Of a DNA stretch of 64,000 nt, positions 24,321-37,139 are shown one piece after another; position 1 is the first letter of the stretch, and the number at the start of each line of letters is the position of its first letter. A program made the position numbers and the translations under genes. The DNA comes from Auanema rhodensis (Eukaryota > Animalia > Nematoda): contig OZ059894.1 in assembly GCA_964057225.1 (NCBI GenBank), positions 8,370,001 through 8,434,000 on the forward strand. Reading direction: 5' to 3'. The notes below the pieces were generated by a model, which saw nothing but the letters and a program-made list of their open reading frames with translations, had not been told where the DNA came from and did not search any database.

Positions 24321-25295
24321 CTGAATAAAGCTTGTACTCTGTGTTTTTATTTTTATGCGCTTTGCTCTGTTTTCGTCAAGAAAATGGACTTATGTTTTCA
24401 ATCTTTTCCTCATTCCTTTTCCCTTAAATAGCATGTTTTGCTCAAAATGTTTTCGACATTGTGCATGCTAATGAGGTTTGAGGAGAGTTATTGAAAAGGC
24501 TGTCCTTTTTCTTGATCAAAATAAGCAAAAGTGCGTTTTCCTAAGCAAATTTCATTTTGAAAATGAGAAAAATACGTCTATTTTTAAACATTTCCCATTT
24601 ACTTAGGATTACTGTAGGAGATAAGGGGTATCTTATGAGTTGAAACAACGAAATGATTTGAGGAAGGTGACATAATCTACGGGGATAAAATCCGTAGCAG
24701 TTATGCTTCCGCCAACTTGACCTGACTGTCAAATAAGAGCTGAGAAGTCTTATTGCAGATTTACCAGGCTTTTTCGGACTAGTGTGGTCTGTTTTTATAT
24801 TCAATTTATGTAACCGTTTTTGGTTTCCCGCAAAATAATATGTAAAATGATCTTTTACGTCTGAATATAATATTTTCAAAATTCTAGTCCTGACCACAAA
24901 ATATACAAACTATAATCGATTGCGCGCGTCTTATAAATTTTTGTTCCAATAATCGAACTTCTCTATGCCCAAAAAAAAAATGTGAACAATTATAATTTCT
25001 CGTTTGGCGAAATTGTCCTCTATTTCAATCCAAACGTCCTCAAAATGGCATGAGAAGCGGTACAAGATACGATAAAGAAAAGGGTGGACATTCAGACGGT
25101 TTTAAATTGAGGACGGCGGGCAAAAAATTTTATTGGTCCTATCTCGCATTTAAGCGAGATCCCTTGTATCTGTACCTTAAAACAAATTGGCGCCTTCATT
25201 TTGTTGTTTCAAGTGGAGGAATTTATAATTTAGAATGCAAAAATGGACTTTTACAATAAAAAGAAAATTTTTTTTTTTTCAAAAGATGAGTTCGA

Positions 25296-25308
25296 GGTGG
25301 AACCTCCA
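25296..25308 (-). promoter_or_regulatory. Primer-binding site complementary to the tRNA-Gln 3' end
   Basis: TGGAGGTTCCACC directly follows the 5' LTR. It is the complement of GGTGGAACCT-CCA, the 3' end of animal tRNA-Gln (from memory). Confidence 0.85.
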
Positions 25309-25653
25309 CGTTCCGTTATGCTCCTGCGTCGATAATATAAACCATTGTAGTTTATACTATGACGCGCATAGTATTCCTTGGTGTAGCGGTAAGGAATAAA
25401 GAGCATAAGGTCAATCATAAGATAAAAGAGAGAAGGATTTATTAGCATGAAACTACAACAATAATATACAAAGATAAAGATACAATACAATAAGATAAAT
25501 ATAAGTATAAAGACTAAACTACAAGCCGTCCATGAGCTTGCTAAGAGGCGAACTCCCGACCAAGGGAACGAGGGAAGGCGGAGCCATTCCTCGGTCCTCT
25601 GGTGGTCTGGCTCTAACCCTTCAGCTACATATATGGGGAGTCCGAATGGAACG
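25309..25653 (-). repeat. 5' LTR (345 bp)
   Basis: Identical to 13579-13923. Flanked by the PBS inside and the CAAT TSD outside. Confidence 0.97.
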
Positions 25654-25797
25654 CAATGATCCATATTTTCTGATGTTCTGGTCTATCTTATCCAATCCTT
25701 CTAGAGAATTTATGAATGAGATCGTAAGTAGATGAATTAAAATTTTAATTTTGCTCAATTTGAAGCTTAATTTGAACTGTGGAAATCAAAAATGTTT

Positions 25798-25815
25798 CGC
25801 TCACGGGTGGGCTCA

Positions 25816-25850
<35 letters not shown>

Positions 25851-25870
25851 GCCTATTGCGCCACGGAAGC
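25798..25870 (-). pseudogene. tRNA-Asn copy with B-box C56T and G68T, probably not transcribed
   Basis: Plus strand gctcaaacc reads GGTTTGAGC on the minus strand, losing the invariant C56 of the B box. Confidence 0.7.
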
Positions 25871-26073
25871 ACATATACTCAACAATCTAGACTTGTGAAG
25901 TTTCTACTTCTGTTTTAGATCAGTCAATGATCCATATTTTCTGATCTTCTGGTCTATCTTATCCAATCCTTCTAGAAAATTTATGAATGAGATCGTAAGT
26001 AGATGAATTAAAATTTTAATTTTGCTTAATTGGAACTGTGGAAACCAAAAATATTTCGCTCCCGGGTGGGCTC

Positions 26074-26109
<36 letters not shown>

Positions 26110-26344
26110 GCCTATTGCGCCACGGAAGCACATATACTCAACAATCTAGACTTGTGAAGTTTCTACTTCTGTTTTAGATCAGTCAATGATCCATATTTTC
26201 TGATGTTCTGGTCTATCTTATCCAATCCTTCTAGAAAATTTATGAATGAGATCGTAAGTAGATGAATCAAAATTTTAATTTTGCTTAATTTGAAGCTTAA
26301 TTGGAACTGTGGAAACCAAAAATATTTCGCTCCCGGGTGGGCTC

Positions 26345-26380
<36 letters not shown>

Positions 26381-26603
26381 GCCTATTGCGCCACGGAAGC
26401 ACATATACTCAACAATCTAGACTTGTGAAGTTTCTACTTCTGTTTTAGATCAGTCAATGATCCATATTTTCTGATCTTCTGGTCTATCTTATCCAATCCT
26501 TCTAGAAAATTTATGAATGAGATCGTAAGTAGATGAATTAAAATTTTAATTTTGCTTAATTGGAACTGTGGAAACCAAAAATATTTCGCTCCCGGGTGGG
26601 CTC

Positions 26604-26639
<36 letters not shown>

Positions 26640-26874
26640 GCCTATTGCGCCACGGAAGCACATATACTCAACAATCTAGACTTGTGAAGTTTCTACTTCT
26701 GTTTTAGATCAGTCAATGATCCATATTTTCTGATGTTCTGGTCTATCTTATCCAATCCTTCTAGAAAATTTATGAATGAGATCGTAAGTAGATGAATCAA
26801 AATTTTAATTTTGCTTAATTTGAAGCTTAATTGGAACTGTGGAAACCAAAAATATTTCGCTCCCGGGTGGGCTC

Positions 26875-26910
<36 letters not shown>

Positions 26911-27145
26911 GCCTATTGCGCCACGGAAGCACATATACTCAACAATCTAGACTTGTGAAGTTTCTACTTCTGTTTTAGATCAGTCAATGATCCATATTTT
27001 CTGATGTTCTGGTCTATCTTATCCAATCCTTCTAGAAAATTTATGAATGAGATCGTAAGTAGATGAATTAAAATTTTAATTTTGCTAAATTTGAAGCTTA
27101 ATTTGAACTGTGGAAATCAAAAATGTTTCGCTCCCGGGTGGGCTC

Positions 27146-27181
<36 letters not shown>

Positions 27182-27416
27182 GCCTATTGCGCCACGGAAG
27201 CACATATAGTCAACAATCTAGACTTGTGAAGTTTCTACTTCTGTTTTAGATCAGTCAATGATCCATATTTTCTGATGTTCTGGTCTATCTTATCCAATCC
27301 TTCTAGAAAATTTATGAATGAGATCGTAAGTAGATGAATTAAAATTTTAATTTTGCTCAATTTGAAGCTTAATTTGAACTGTGGAAATCAAAAATGTTTC
27401 GCTCCCGGGTGGGCTC

Positions 27417-27452
<36 letters not shown>

Positions 27453-27687
27453 GCCTATTGCGCCACGGAAGCACATATAGTCAACAATCTAGACTTGTGA
27501 AGTTTCTACTTCTGTTTTAGATCAGTCAATGATCCATATTTTCTGATGTTCTGGTCTATCTTATCCAATCCTTCTAGAAAATTTATGAATGAGATCGTAA
27601 GTAGATGAATTAAAATTTTAATTTTGCTCAATTTGAAGCTTAATTTGAACTGTGGAAATCAAAAATGTTTCGCTCCCGGGTGGGCTC

Positions 27688-27723
<36 letters not shown>

Positions 27724-27946
27724 GCCTATTGCGCCACGGAAGCACATATACTTAACAATCTAGACTTGTGAAGTTTCTACTTTTGTTATAGATCAGTCAA
27801 TGATCCATATTTTCTGATGTTCTGGTCTATCTTATCCAATCCTTCTAGAAAATTTATGAATGAGATCGTAAGTAGATGAATTAAAATTTTAATTTTGCTT
27901 AATTGGAACTGTGGAAACCAAAAATATTTCGCTCCCGGGTGGGCTC

Positions 27947-27982
<36 letters not shown>

Positions 27983-28217
27983 GCCTATTGCGCCACGGAA
28001 GCACATATACTCAACAATCTAGACTTGTGAAGTTTCTACTTCTGTTTTAGATCAGTCAATGATCCATATTTTCTGATGTTCTGGTCTATCTTATCCAATC
28101 CTTCTAGAAAATTTATGAATGAGATCGTAAGTAGATGAATTAAAATTTTAATTTTGCTCAATTTGAAGCTTAATTTGAACTGTGGAAATCAAAAATGTTT
28201 CGCTCCCGGGTGGGCTC

Positions 28218-28253
<36 letters not shown>

Positions 28254-28476
28254 GCCTATTGCGCCACGGAAGCACATATACTTAACAATCTAGACTTGTG
28301 AAGTTTCTACTTTTGTTATAGATCAGTCAATGATCCATATTTTCTGATGTTCTGGTCTATCTTATCCAATCCTTCTAGAAAATTTATGAATGAGATCGTA
28401 AGTAGATGAATTAAAATTTTAATTTTGCTTAATTGGAACTGTGGAAACCAAAAATATTTCGCTCCCGGGTGGGCTC

Positions 28477-28512
<36 letters not shown>

Positions 28513-28735
28513 GCCTATTGCGCCACGGAAGCACATATACTCAACAATCTAGACTTGTGAAGTTTCTACTTCTGTTTTAGATCAGTCAATGATCCGTATT
28601 TTCCCAAGTTCTGCTCTTTCTTATCCAATCCTTCTAGAAAATTTATGAATGAGATCGTAAGTAGATGAAATAAAATTTTAATTTTGCTTAATTGGAACTG
28701 TGGAAACCAAAAATATTTCGCTCCCGGGTGGGCTC

Positions 28736-28771
<36 letters not shown>

Positions 28772-28994
28772 GCCTATTGCGCCACGGAAGCACATATAGT
28801 CAACAATCTAGACTTGTGAAGTTTCTACTTCTGTTTTAGATCAGTCAATGATCCATATTTTCCGATGTTCTGGTCTATCTTATCCAATCCTTCTAGAAAA
28901 TTTATGAATGAGATCGTAAGTAGATGAAATAAAATTTTAATTTTGCTTAATTGGAACTGTGGAAACCAAAAATATTTCGCTCCCGGGTGGGCTC

Positions 28995-29030
<36 letters not shown>

Positions 29031-29253
29031 GCCTATTGCGCCACGGAAGCACATATATTCAACAATCTAGACTTGTGAAGTTTCTACTTTTGTTTTAGAT
29101 CAGTCAATGATCCATATTTTCTCATATTTTGCTCTATCTTATCCAATCCTTCTAGAAAATTTATGAATGAGATCGTAAGTAGATGAAATAAAATTTTAAT
29201 TTTGCTTAATTGGAACTGTGGAAATCAAAAATATTTCGCTCCCGGGTGGGCTC

Positions 29254-29289
<36 letters not shown>

Positions 29290-29524
29290 GCCTATTGCGC
29301 CACGGAAGCACATATAGTCAACAATCTAGACTTGTGAAGTTTCTACTTCTGTTTTAGATCAGTCAATGATCCATATTTTCTGATGTTCTGGTCTTTCTTA
29401 TCCAATCCTTCTAGAAAATTTATGAATGAGATCGTAAGTAGATGAATTAAAATTTTAATTTTGCTCAATTTGAAGCTTAATTTGAACTGTGGAAACCAAA
29501 AATATTTCGCTCCCGGGTGGGCTC

Positions 29525-29560
<36 letters not shown>

Positions 29561-29783
29561 GCCTATTGCGCCACGGAAGCACATATAGTCAACAATCTAG
29601 ACTTGTGAAGTTTCTACTTCTGTTTTAGATCAGTCAATGATCCATATTTTCCGATGTTCTGGTCTATCTTATCCAATCCTTCTAGAAAATTTATGAATGA
29701 GATCGTAAGTAGATGAAATAAAATTTTAATTTTGCTTAATTGGAACTGTGGAAACCAAAAATATTTCGCTCCCGGGTGGGCTC

Positions 29784-29819
<36 letters not shown>

Positions 29820-30042
29820 GCCTATTGCGCCACGGAAGCACATATATTCAACAATCTAGACTTGTGAAGTTTCTACTTTTGTTTTAGATCAGTCAATGAT
29901 CCATATTTTCTCATATTTTGCTCTATCTTATCCAATCCTTCTAGAAAATTTATGAATGAGATCGTAAGTAGATGAAATAAAATTTTAATTTTGCTTAATT
30001 GGAACTGTGGAAATCAAAAATATTTCGCTCCCGGGTGGGCTC

Positions 30043-30078
<36 letters not shown>

Positions 30079-30313
30079 GCCTATTGCGCCACGGAAGCAC
30101 ATATAGTCAACAATCTAGACTTGTGAAGTTTCTACTTCTGTTTTAGATCAGTCAATGATCCATATTTTCTGATGTTCTGGTCTTTCTTATCCAATCCTTC
30201 TAGAAAATTTATGAATGAGATCGTAAGTAGATGAATTAAAATTTTAATTTTGCTCAATTTGAAGCTTAATTTGAACTGTGGAAACCAAAAATATTTCGCT
30301 CCCGGGTGGGCTC

Positions 30314-30349
<36 letters not shown>

Positions 30350-30572
30350 GCCTATTGCGCCACGGAAGCACATATATTCAACAATCTAGACTTGTGAAGA
30401 TTCTACTTTTGTTTTAGATCAGTCAATGATCCATATTTTCTCATATTTTGCTCTATCTTATCCAATCCTTCTAGAAAATTTATGAATGAGATCGTAAGTA
30501 GATGAAATAAAATTTTAATTTTGCTTAATTGGAACTGTGGAAATCAAAAATATTTCGCTCCCGGGTGGGCTC

Positions 30573-30608
<36 letters not shown>

Positions 30609-30843
30609 GCCTATTGCGCCACGGAAGCACATATACTCAACAATCTGGACTTGTGAAGTTTCTACTTCTGTTTTAGATCAGTCAATGATCCATATTTTCT
30701 GATGTTCTGGTCTATCTTATCCAATCCTTCTAGAAAATTTATGAATGAGATCGTAAGTAGATGAATTAAAATTTTAATTTTGCTCAATTTGAAGCTTAAT
30801 TTGAACTGTGGAAATCAAAAATGTTTCGCTCCCGGGTGGGCTC

Positions 30844-30879
<36 letters not shown>

Positions 30880-31102
30880 GCCTATTGCGCCACGGAAGCA
30901 CATATAGTCAACAATCTAGACTTGTGAAGTTTCTACTTCTGTTTTAGATCAGTCAATGATCCGTATTTTCCCAAGTTCTGCTCTTTCTTATCCAATCCTT
31001 CTAGAAAATTTATGAATGAGATCGTAAGTAGATGAAATAAAATTTTAATTTTGCTTAATTGGAACTGTGGAAACCAAAAATATTTCGCTCCCGAGTGGGC
31101 TC

Positions 31103-31138
<36 letters not shown>

Positions 31139-31373
31139 GCCTATTGCGCCACGGAAGCACATATACTCAACAATCTAGACTTGTGAAGTTTCTACTTCTG
31201 TTTTAGATCAGTCAATGATCCATATTTTCTGATGTTCTGGTCTTTCTTATCCAATCCTTCTAGAAAATTTATGAATGAGATCGTAAGTAGATGAATTAAA
31301 ATTTTAATTTTGCTCATTTTGAAGCTTAATTTGAACTGTGGAAATCAAAAATGTTTCGCTCCCGGGTGGGCTC

Positions 31374-31409
<36 letters not shown>

Positions 31410-31644
31410 GCCTATTGCGCCACGGAAGCACATATAGTCAACAATCTAGACTTGTGAAGTTTCTACTTCTGTTTTAGATCAGTCAATGATCCATATTTTC
31501 TGATGTTCTGGTCTTTCTTATCCAATCCTTCTAGAAAATTTATGAATGAGATCGTAAGTAGATGAATTAAAATTTTAATTTTGCTCAATTTGAAGCTTAA
31601 TTTGAACTGTGGAAACCAAAAATATTTCGCTCCCGGGTGGGCTC

Positions 31645-31680
<36 letters not shown>

Positions 31681-31903
31681 GCCTATTGCGCCACGGAAGC
31701 ACATATATTCAACAATCTAGACTTGTGAAGATTCTACTTTTGTTTTAGATCAGTCAATGATCCATATTTTCTCATATTTTGCTCTATCTTATCCAATCCT
31801 TCTAGAAAATTTATGAATGAGATCGTAAGTAGATGAAATAAAATTTTAATTTTGCTTAATTGGAACTGTGGAAATCAAAAATATTTCGCTCCCGGGTGGG
31901 CTC

Positions 31904-31939
<36 letters not shown>

Positions 31940-32174
31940 GCCTATTGCGCCACGGAAGCACATATACTCAACAATCTGGACTTGTGAAGTTTCTACTTCT
32001 GTTTTAGATCAGTCAATGATCCATATTTTCTGATGTTCTGGTCTATCTTATCCAATCCTTCTAGAAAATTTATGAATGAGATCGTAAGTAGATGAATTAA
32101 AATTTTAATTTTGCTCAATTTGAAGCTTAATTTGAACTGTGGAAATCAAAAATGTTTCGCTCCCGGGTGGGCTC

Positions 32175-32210
<36 letters not shown>

Positions 32211-32433
32211 GCCTATTGCGCCACGGAAGCACATATAGTCAACAATCTAGACTTGTGAAGTTTCTACTTCTGTTTTAGATCAGTCAATGATCCGTATTTT
32301 CCCAAGTTCTGCTCTTTCTTATCCAATCCTTCTAGAAAATTTATGAATGAGATCGTAAGTAGATGAAATAAAATTTTAATTTTGCTTAATTGGAACTGTG
32401 GAAACCAAAAATATTTCGCTCCCGAGTGGGCTC

Positions 32434-32469
<36 letters not shown>

Positions 32470-32704
32470 GCCTATTGCGCCACGGAAGCACATATACTCA
32501 ACAATCTAGACTTGTGAAGTTTCTACTTCTGTTTTAGATCAGTCAATGATCCATATTTTCTGATGTTCTGGTCTTTCTTATCCAATCCTTCTAGAAAATT
32601 TATGAATGAGATCGTAAGTAGATGAATTAAAATTTTAATTTTGCTCATTTTGAAGCTTAATTTGAACTGTGGAAATCAAAAATGTTTCGCTCCCGGGTGG
32701 GCTC

Positions 32705-32740
<36 letters not shown>

Positions 32741-32975
32741 GCCTATTGCGCCACGGAAGCACATATAGTCAACAATCTAGACTTGTGAAGTTTCTACTTC
32801 TGTTTTAGATCAGTCAATGATCCGTATTTTCCCAAGTTCTGCTCTTTCTTATCCAATCCTTCTAGAAAATTTATGAATGAGATCGCAAGTAGATGAATTT
32901 AAACTTTATTTTTGCTCAATTTGAAGCTTAATTTGAACTGTGGAAACCAAAAATATTTCGCTCCTGGGTGGGCTC

Positions 32976-33011
<36 letters not shown>

Positions 33012-33246
33012 GCCTATTGCGCCACGGAAGCACATATGGTCAACAATCTAGACTTATGAAGTTTCTACTTCTGTTTTAAATTAGTCAATAATCCATATTT
33101 TCTGATGTTCTGGTCTATCTTATCCAATCCTTCTAGAGAATTTATGAATGAGATCGTAAGTAGATGAATCAAAATTTTAATTTTGCTTAATTTGAAGCTT
33201 AATTGGAACTGCGGAAACCAAAAATATTTCGCTCCCGGGTGGGCTC

Positions 33247-33282
<36 letters not shown>

Positions 33283-33505
33283 GCCTATTGCGCCACGGAA
33301 GCACATATACTCAACAATCTAGACTTGTGAAGTTTCTACTTCTGTTTTAGATCAGTCAATGATCCATATTTTCTGATGTTCTGGTCTATCTTATCCAATC
33401 CTTCTAGAAAATTTATGAATGAGATCGTAAGTAGATGAAATAAAATTTTAATTTTGCTTAATTGGAACTGTGGAAACCAAAAATATTTCTCTCCCGGGTG
33501 GGCTC

Positions 33506-33541
<36 letters not shown>

Positions 33542-33764
33542 GCCTATTGCGCCACGGAAGCACATATATTCAACAATCTAGACTTGTGAAGTTTCTACTT
33601 CTGTTTAAGATCAGTCAATGATCCGTATTTTCTGATGTTCTGGTCTTTCTTATCCAATCCTTCTAGAAAATTTATGAATGAGATCGTAAGTAGATGAATC
33701 AAAATTTTAATTTTGCTCAATTTGAACTGTGGAAACGAAAAATATTTCGCTCCCGGGTGGGCTC

Positions 33765-33800
<36 letters not shown>

Positions 33801-34035
33801 GCCTATTGCGCCACGGAAGCACATATACTCAATAATCTAGACTTGTGAAGTTTCTACTTCTGTTTTAAATTAGTCAATAATCCATATTTTCTGATGTTCT
33901 GGTCTATCTTATCCAATCCTTCTAGAGAATTTATGAATGAGATCGTAAGTAGATGAATCAAAATTTTAATTTTGCTTAATTTGAAGCTTAATTGGAACTG
34001 TGGAAACCAAAAATGTTTCGCTCCCGGGTGGGCTC

Positions 34036-34071
<36 letters not shown>

Positions 34072-34294
34072 GCCTATTGCGCCACGGAAGCACATATACT
34101 CCACAATCTAGACTTGTGAAGTTTCTACTTTTGTTTTAGATCAGTCAACGATCCATATTTTCTGATGTTCTGGTCTTTCTTATCCAATCCTTCTAGAAAA
34201 TTTATGAATGAGATCGTAAGTAGATGAAATAAAATTTTAATTTTGCTTAATTGGAACTGTGGAAACCAAAAATATTTCGCTCCCGGGTGGGCTC

Positions 34295-34330
<36 letters not shown>

Positions 34331-34565
34331 GCCTATTGCGCCACGGAAGCACATATATTCAACAATCTAGACTTGTGAAGTTTCTACTTCTGTTTAAGAT
34401 CAGTCAATGATCCGTATTTTCTGATGTTCTGGTCTTTCTTATCCAATCCTTCTAGAAAATTTATGAATGAGATCGTAAGTAGATGAATCAAAATTTTAAT
34501 TTTGCTTAATTTGAAGCTTAATTTGAACTGTGGAAATCAAAAATGTTTCGCTCCCGGGTGGGCTC

Positions 34566-34601
<36 letters not shown>

Positions 34602-34836
34602 GCCTATTGCGCCACGGAAGCACATATAGTCAACAATCTAGACTTGTGAAGTTTCTACTTCTTTTTTAGATCAGTCAATGATCCGTATTTTCCCATGTTC
34701 TGCTCTTTCTTATCCAATCCTTCTAGAGAATTTATGAATGAGATCGTAAGTAGATGAATCAAAATTTTAATTTTGCTTAATTTGAAGCTTAATTTGAACT
34801 GTGGAAATCAAAAATGTTTCGCTCCCGGGTGGGCTC

Positions 34837-34872
<36 letters not shown>

Positions 34873-35095
34873 GCCTATTGCGCCACGGAAGCACATATAG
34901 TCAACAATCTAGACTTGTGAAGTTTCTACTTCTGTTTTAGATCAGTCAATGATCCATATTTTCTGATGTTCTGCTCTTTCTTATCCAATCCTTCTAGAAA
35001 ATTTATGAATGAGATCGCAAGTAGATGAAATAAAATTTTAATTTTGCTTAATTGGAACTGTGGAAACCAAAAATATTTCGCTCCCGGGTGGGCTC

Positions 35096-35131
<36 letters not shown>

Positions 35132-35354
35132 GCCTATTGCGCCACGGAAGCACATATAGTCAACAATCTAGACTTGTGAAGTTTCTACTTCTGTTTTAGA
35201 TCAGTCAATGATCCATATTTTCTGATGTTCTGCTCTTTCTTATCCAATCCTTCTAGAAAATTTATGAATGAGATCGTAAGTAGATGAAATAAAATTTTAA
35301 TTTTGCTTAATTGGAACTGTGGAAACCAAAAATATTTCGCTCCCGGGTGGGCTC

Positions 35355-35390
<36 letters not shown>

Positions 35391-35613
35391 GCCTATTGCG
35401 CCACGGAAGCACATATAGTCAACAATCTAGACTTGTGAAGTTTCTACTTCTGTTTTAGATCAGTCAATGATCCATATTTTCTGATGTTCTGGTCTATCTT
35501 ATCCAATCCTTCTAGAAAATTTATGAATGAGATCGTAAGTAGATGAAATAAAATTTTAATTTTGCTTAATTGGAACTGTGGAAACCAAAAATATTTCGCT
35601 CCCGGGTGGGCTC

Positions 35614-35649
<36 letters not shown>

Positions 35650-35884
35650 GCCTATTGCGCCACGGAAGCACATATAGTCAACAATCTAGACTTGTGAAGT
35701 TTCTACTTCTGTTTTAGATCAGTCAATGATCCATATTTTCTGATGTTCTGGTCTTTCTTATCCAATCCTTCTAGAAAATTTATGAATGAGATCGTAAGTA
35801 GATGAATTAAAATTTTAATTTTGCTCAATTTGAAGCTTAATTTGAACTGTGGAAACCAAAAATATTTCGCTCCCGGGTGGGCTC

Positions 35885-35920
<36 letters not shown>

Positions 35921-36143
35921 GCCTATTGCGCCACGGAAGCACATATATACAACAATCTAGACTTGTGAAGTTTCTACTTTTGTTTTAGATCAGTCAATGA
36001 TCCATATTTTCTCATATTTTGCTCTATCTTATCCAATCCTTCTAGAAAATTTATGAATGAGATCGTAAGTAGATGAAATAAAATTTTAATTTTGCTTAAT
36101 TGGAACTGTGGAAATCAAAAATATTTCGCTCCCGGGTGGGCTC

Positions 36144-36179
<36 letters not shown>

Positions 36180-36414
36180 GCCTATTGCGCCACGGAAGCA
36201 CATATACTCAACAATCTGGACTTGTGAAGTTTCTACTTCTGTTTTAGATCAGTCAATGATCCATATTTTCTGATGTTCTGGTCTATCTTATCCAATCCTT
36301 CTAGAAAATTTATGAATGAGATCGTAAGTAGATGAATTAAAATTTTAATTTTGCTCAATTTGAAGCTTAATTTGAACTGTGGAAACCAAAAATATTTCGC
36401 TCCCGGGTGGGCTC

Positions 36415-36450
<36 letters not shown>

Positions 36451-36673
36451 GCCTATTGCGCCACGGAAGCACATATATTCAACAATCTAGACTTGTGAAG
36501 TTTCTACTTTTGTTTTAGATCAGTCAATGATCCATATTTTCTCATATTTTGCTCTATCTTATCCAATCCTTCTAGAAAATTTATGAATGAGATCGTAAGT
36601 AGATGAAATAAAATTTTAATTTTGCTTAATTGGAACTGTGGAAATCAAAAATATTTCGCTCCCGGGTGGGCTC

Positions 36674-36709
<36 letters not shown>

Positions 36710-36927
36710 GCCTATTGCGCCACGGAAGCACATATACTCAACAATCTGGACTTGTGAAGTTTCTACTTCTGTTTTAGATCAGTCAATGATCCATATTTTC
36801 TGATGTTCTGGTCTATCTTATCCAATCCTTCTAGAAAATTTATGAATGAGATCGTAAGTAGATGAATTAAAATTTTAATTTTGCTCAATTTGAAGCTTAA
36901 TTTGAACTGTGGAAATCAAAAATGTTT

Positions 36928-36944
36928 CGCTCCCGGGTGGGCTC

Positions 36945-36980
<36 letters not shown>

Positions 36981-37000
36981 GCCTATTGCGCCACGGAAGC
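36928..37000 (-). tRNA. tRNA-Asn: tRNA-Asn(GTT), last intact copy of the array
   Basis: Consensus 73-nt sequence. Confidence 0.97.
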
Positions 37001-37102
37001 ACATATACTCAACAATCTAGACTTGTGAAGTTTCTACTTCTGTTTTTGATAATCTGTATTTTCATATATTCTGCTCTATGTTATCGAATCCTTTTGTTAC
37101 CA

Positions 37103-37139
37103 TAACAGCCGTACGCGCTGTTTATCGCGCCACGGAAGC
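37103..37139 (-). pseudogene. Degenerate 5'-half tRNA-Asn at the array edge
   Basis: taacagccgtacgcgctgtttatcgcgccacggaagc matches tRNA nt 1-37 with about 4 substitutions; the 3' half is absent. Confidence 0.85.

Larger units (their letters stand above)
13579..25653 (-). mobile_element. Full-length env-containing Ty3/gypsy (Metaviridae) LTR retroelement / nematode endogenous retrovirus, gag-env-pro-pol
   Basis: Two identical 345-bp LTRs. A 4-bp CAAT TSD (13575-13578 and 25654-25657) restores the array spacer cagtCAATgatcc. PBS, PPT and an uninterrupted polyprotein with PR-RT-RH-IN order are present. Confidence 0.97.
25654..37046 (-). repeat. Tandem tRNA-Asn(GTT) gene array, right arm: 43 copies
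   Basis: tRNA 5' ends at 25870, 26129, 26400, 26659, 26930 ... 36470, 36729, 37000, in the same 259/271-bp units. Confidence 0.97.

Noticed and set aside
13579-25653. BEL/Pao (Tas or Cer7-like) classification because of the env
   Set aside because: RT, RNase H and integrase motifs are Ty3/gypsy type, Gag has no triple zinc knuckle, and env lies upstream of pol.
1-37046. CRISPR-like array interpretation
   Set aside because: The spacers are near-identical rather than unique, the conserved part folds as a tRNA, the context is eukaryotic, and there are no cas genes.
1-37046. tRNA-derived SINE array
   Set aside because: The tRNA is full length with an immediate T-run terminator, and there are no tails or per-unit TSDs.
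160-37105. Dozens of 72-81 aa ORFs (MLPWRNRQRVRLLTERL..., MFWSILSNPSRKF...)
   Set aside because: They are translations of the tRNA plus spacer repeat. The minus-strand ones start at GTG and are broken by stops in many units.
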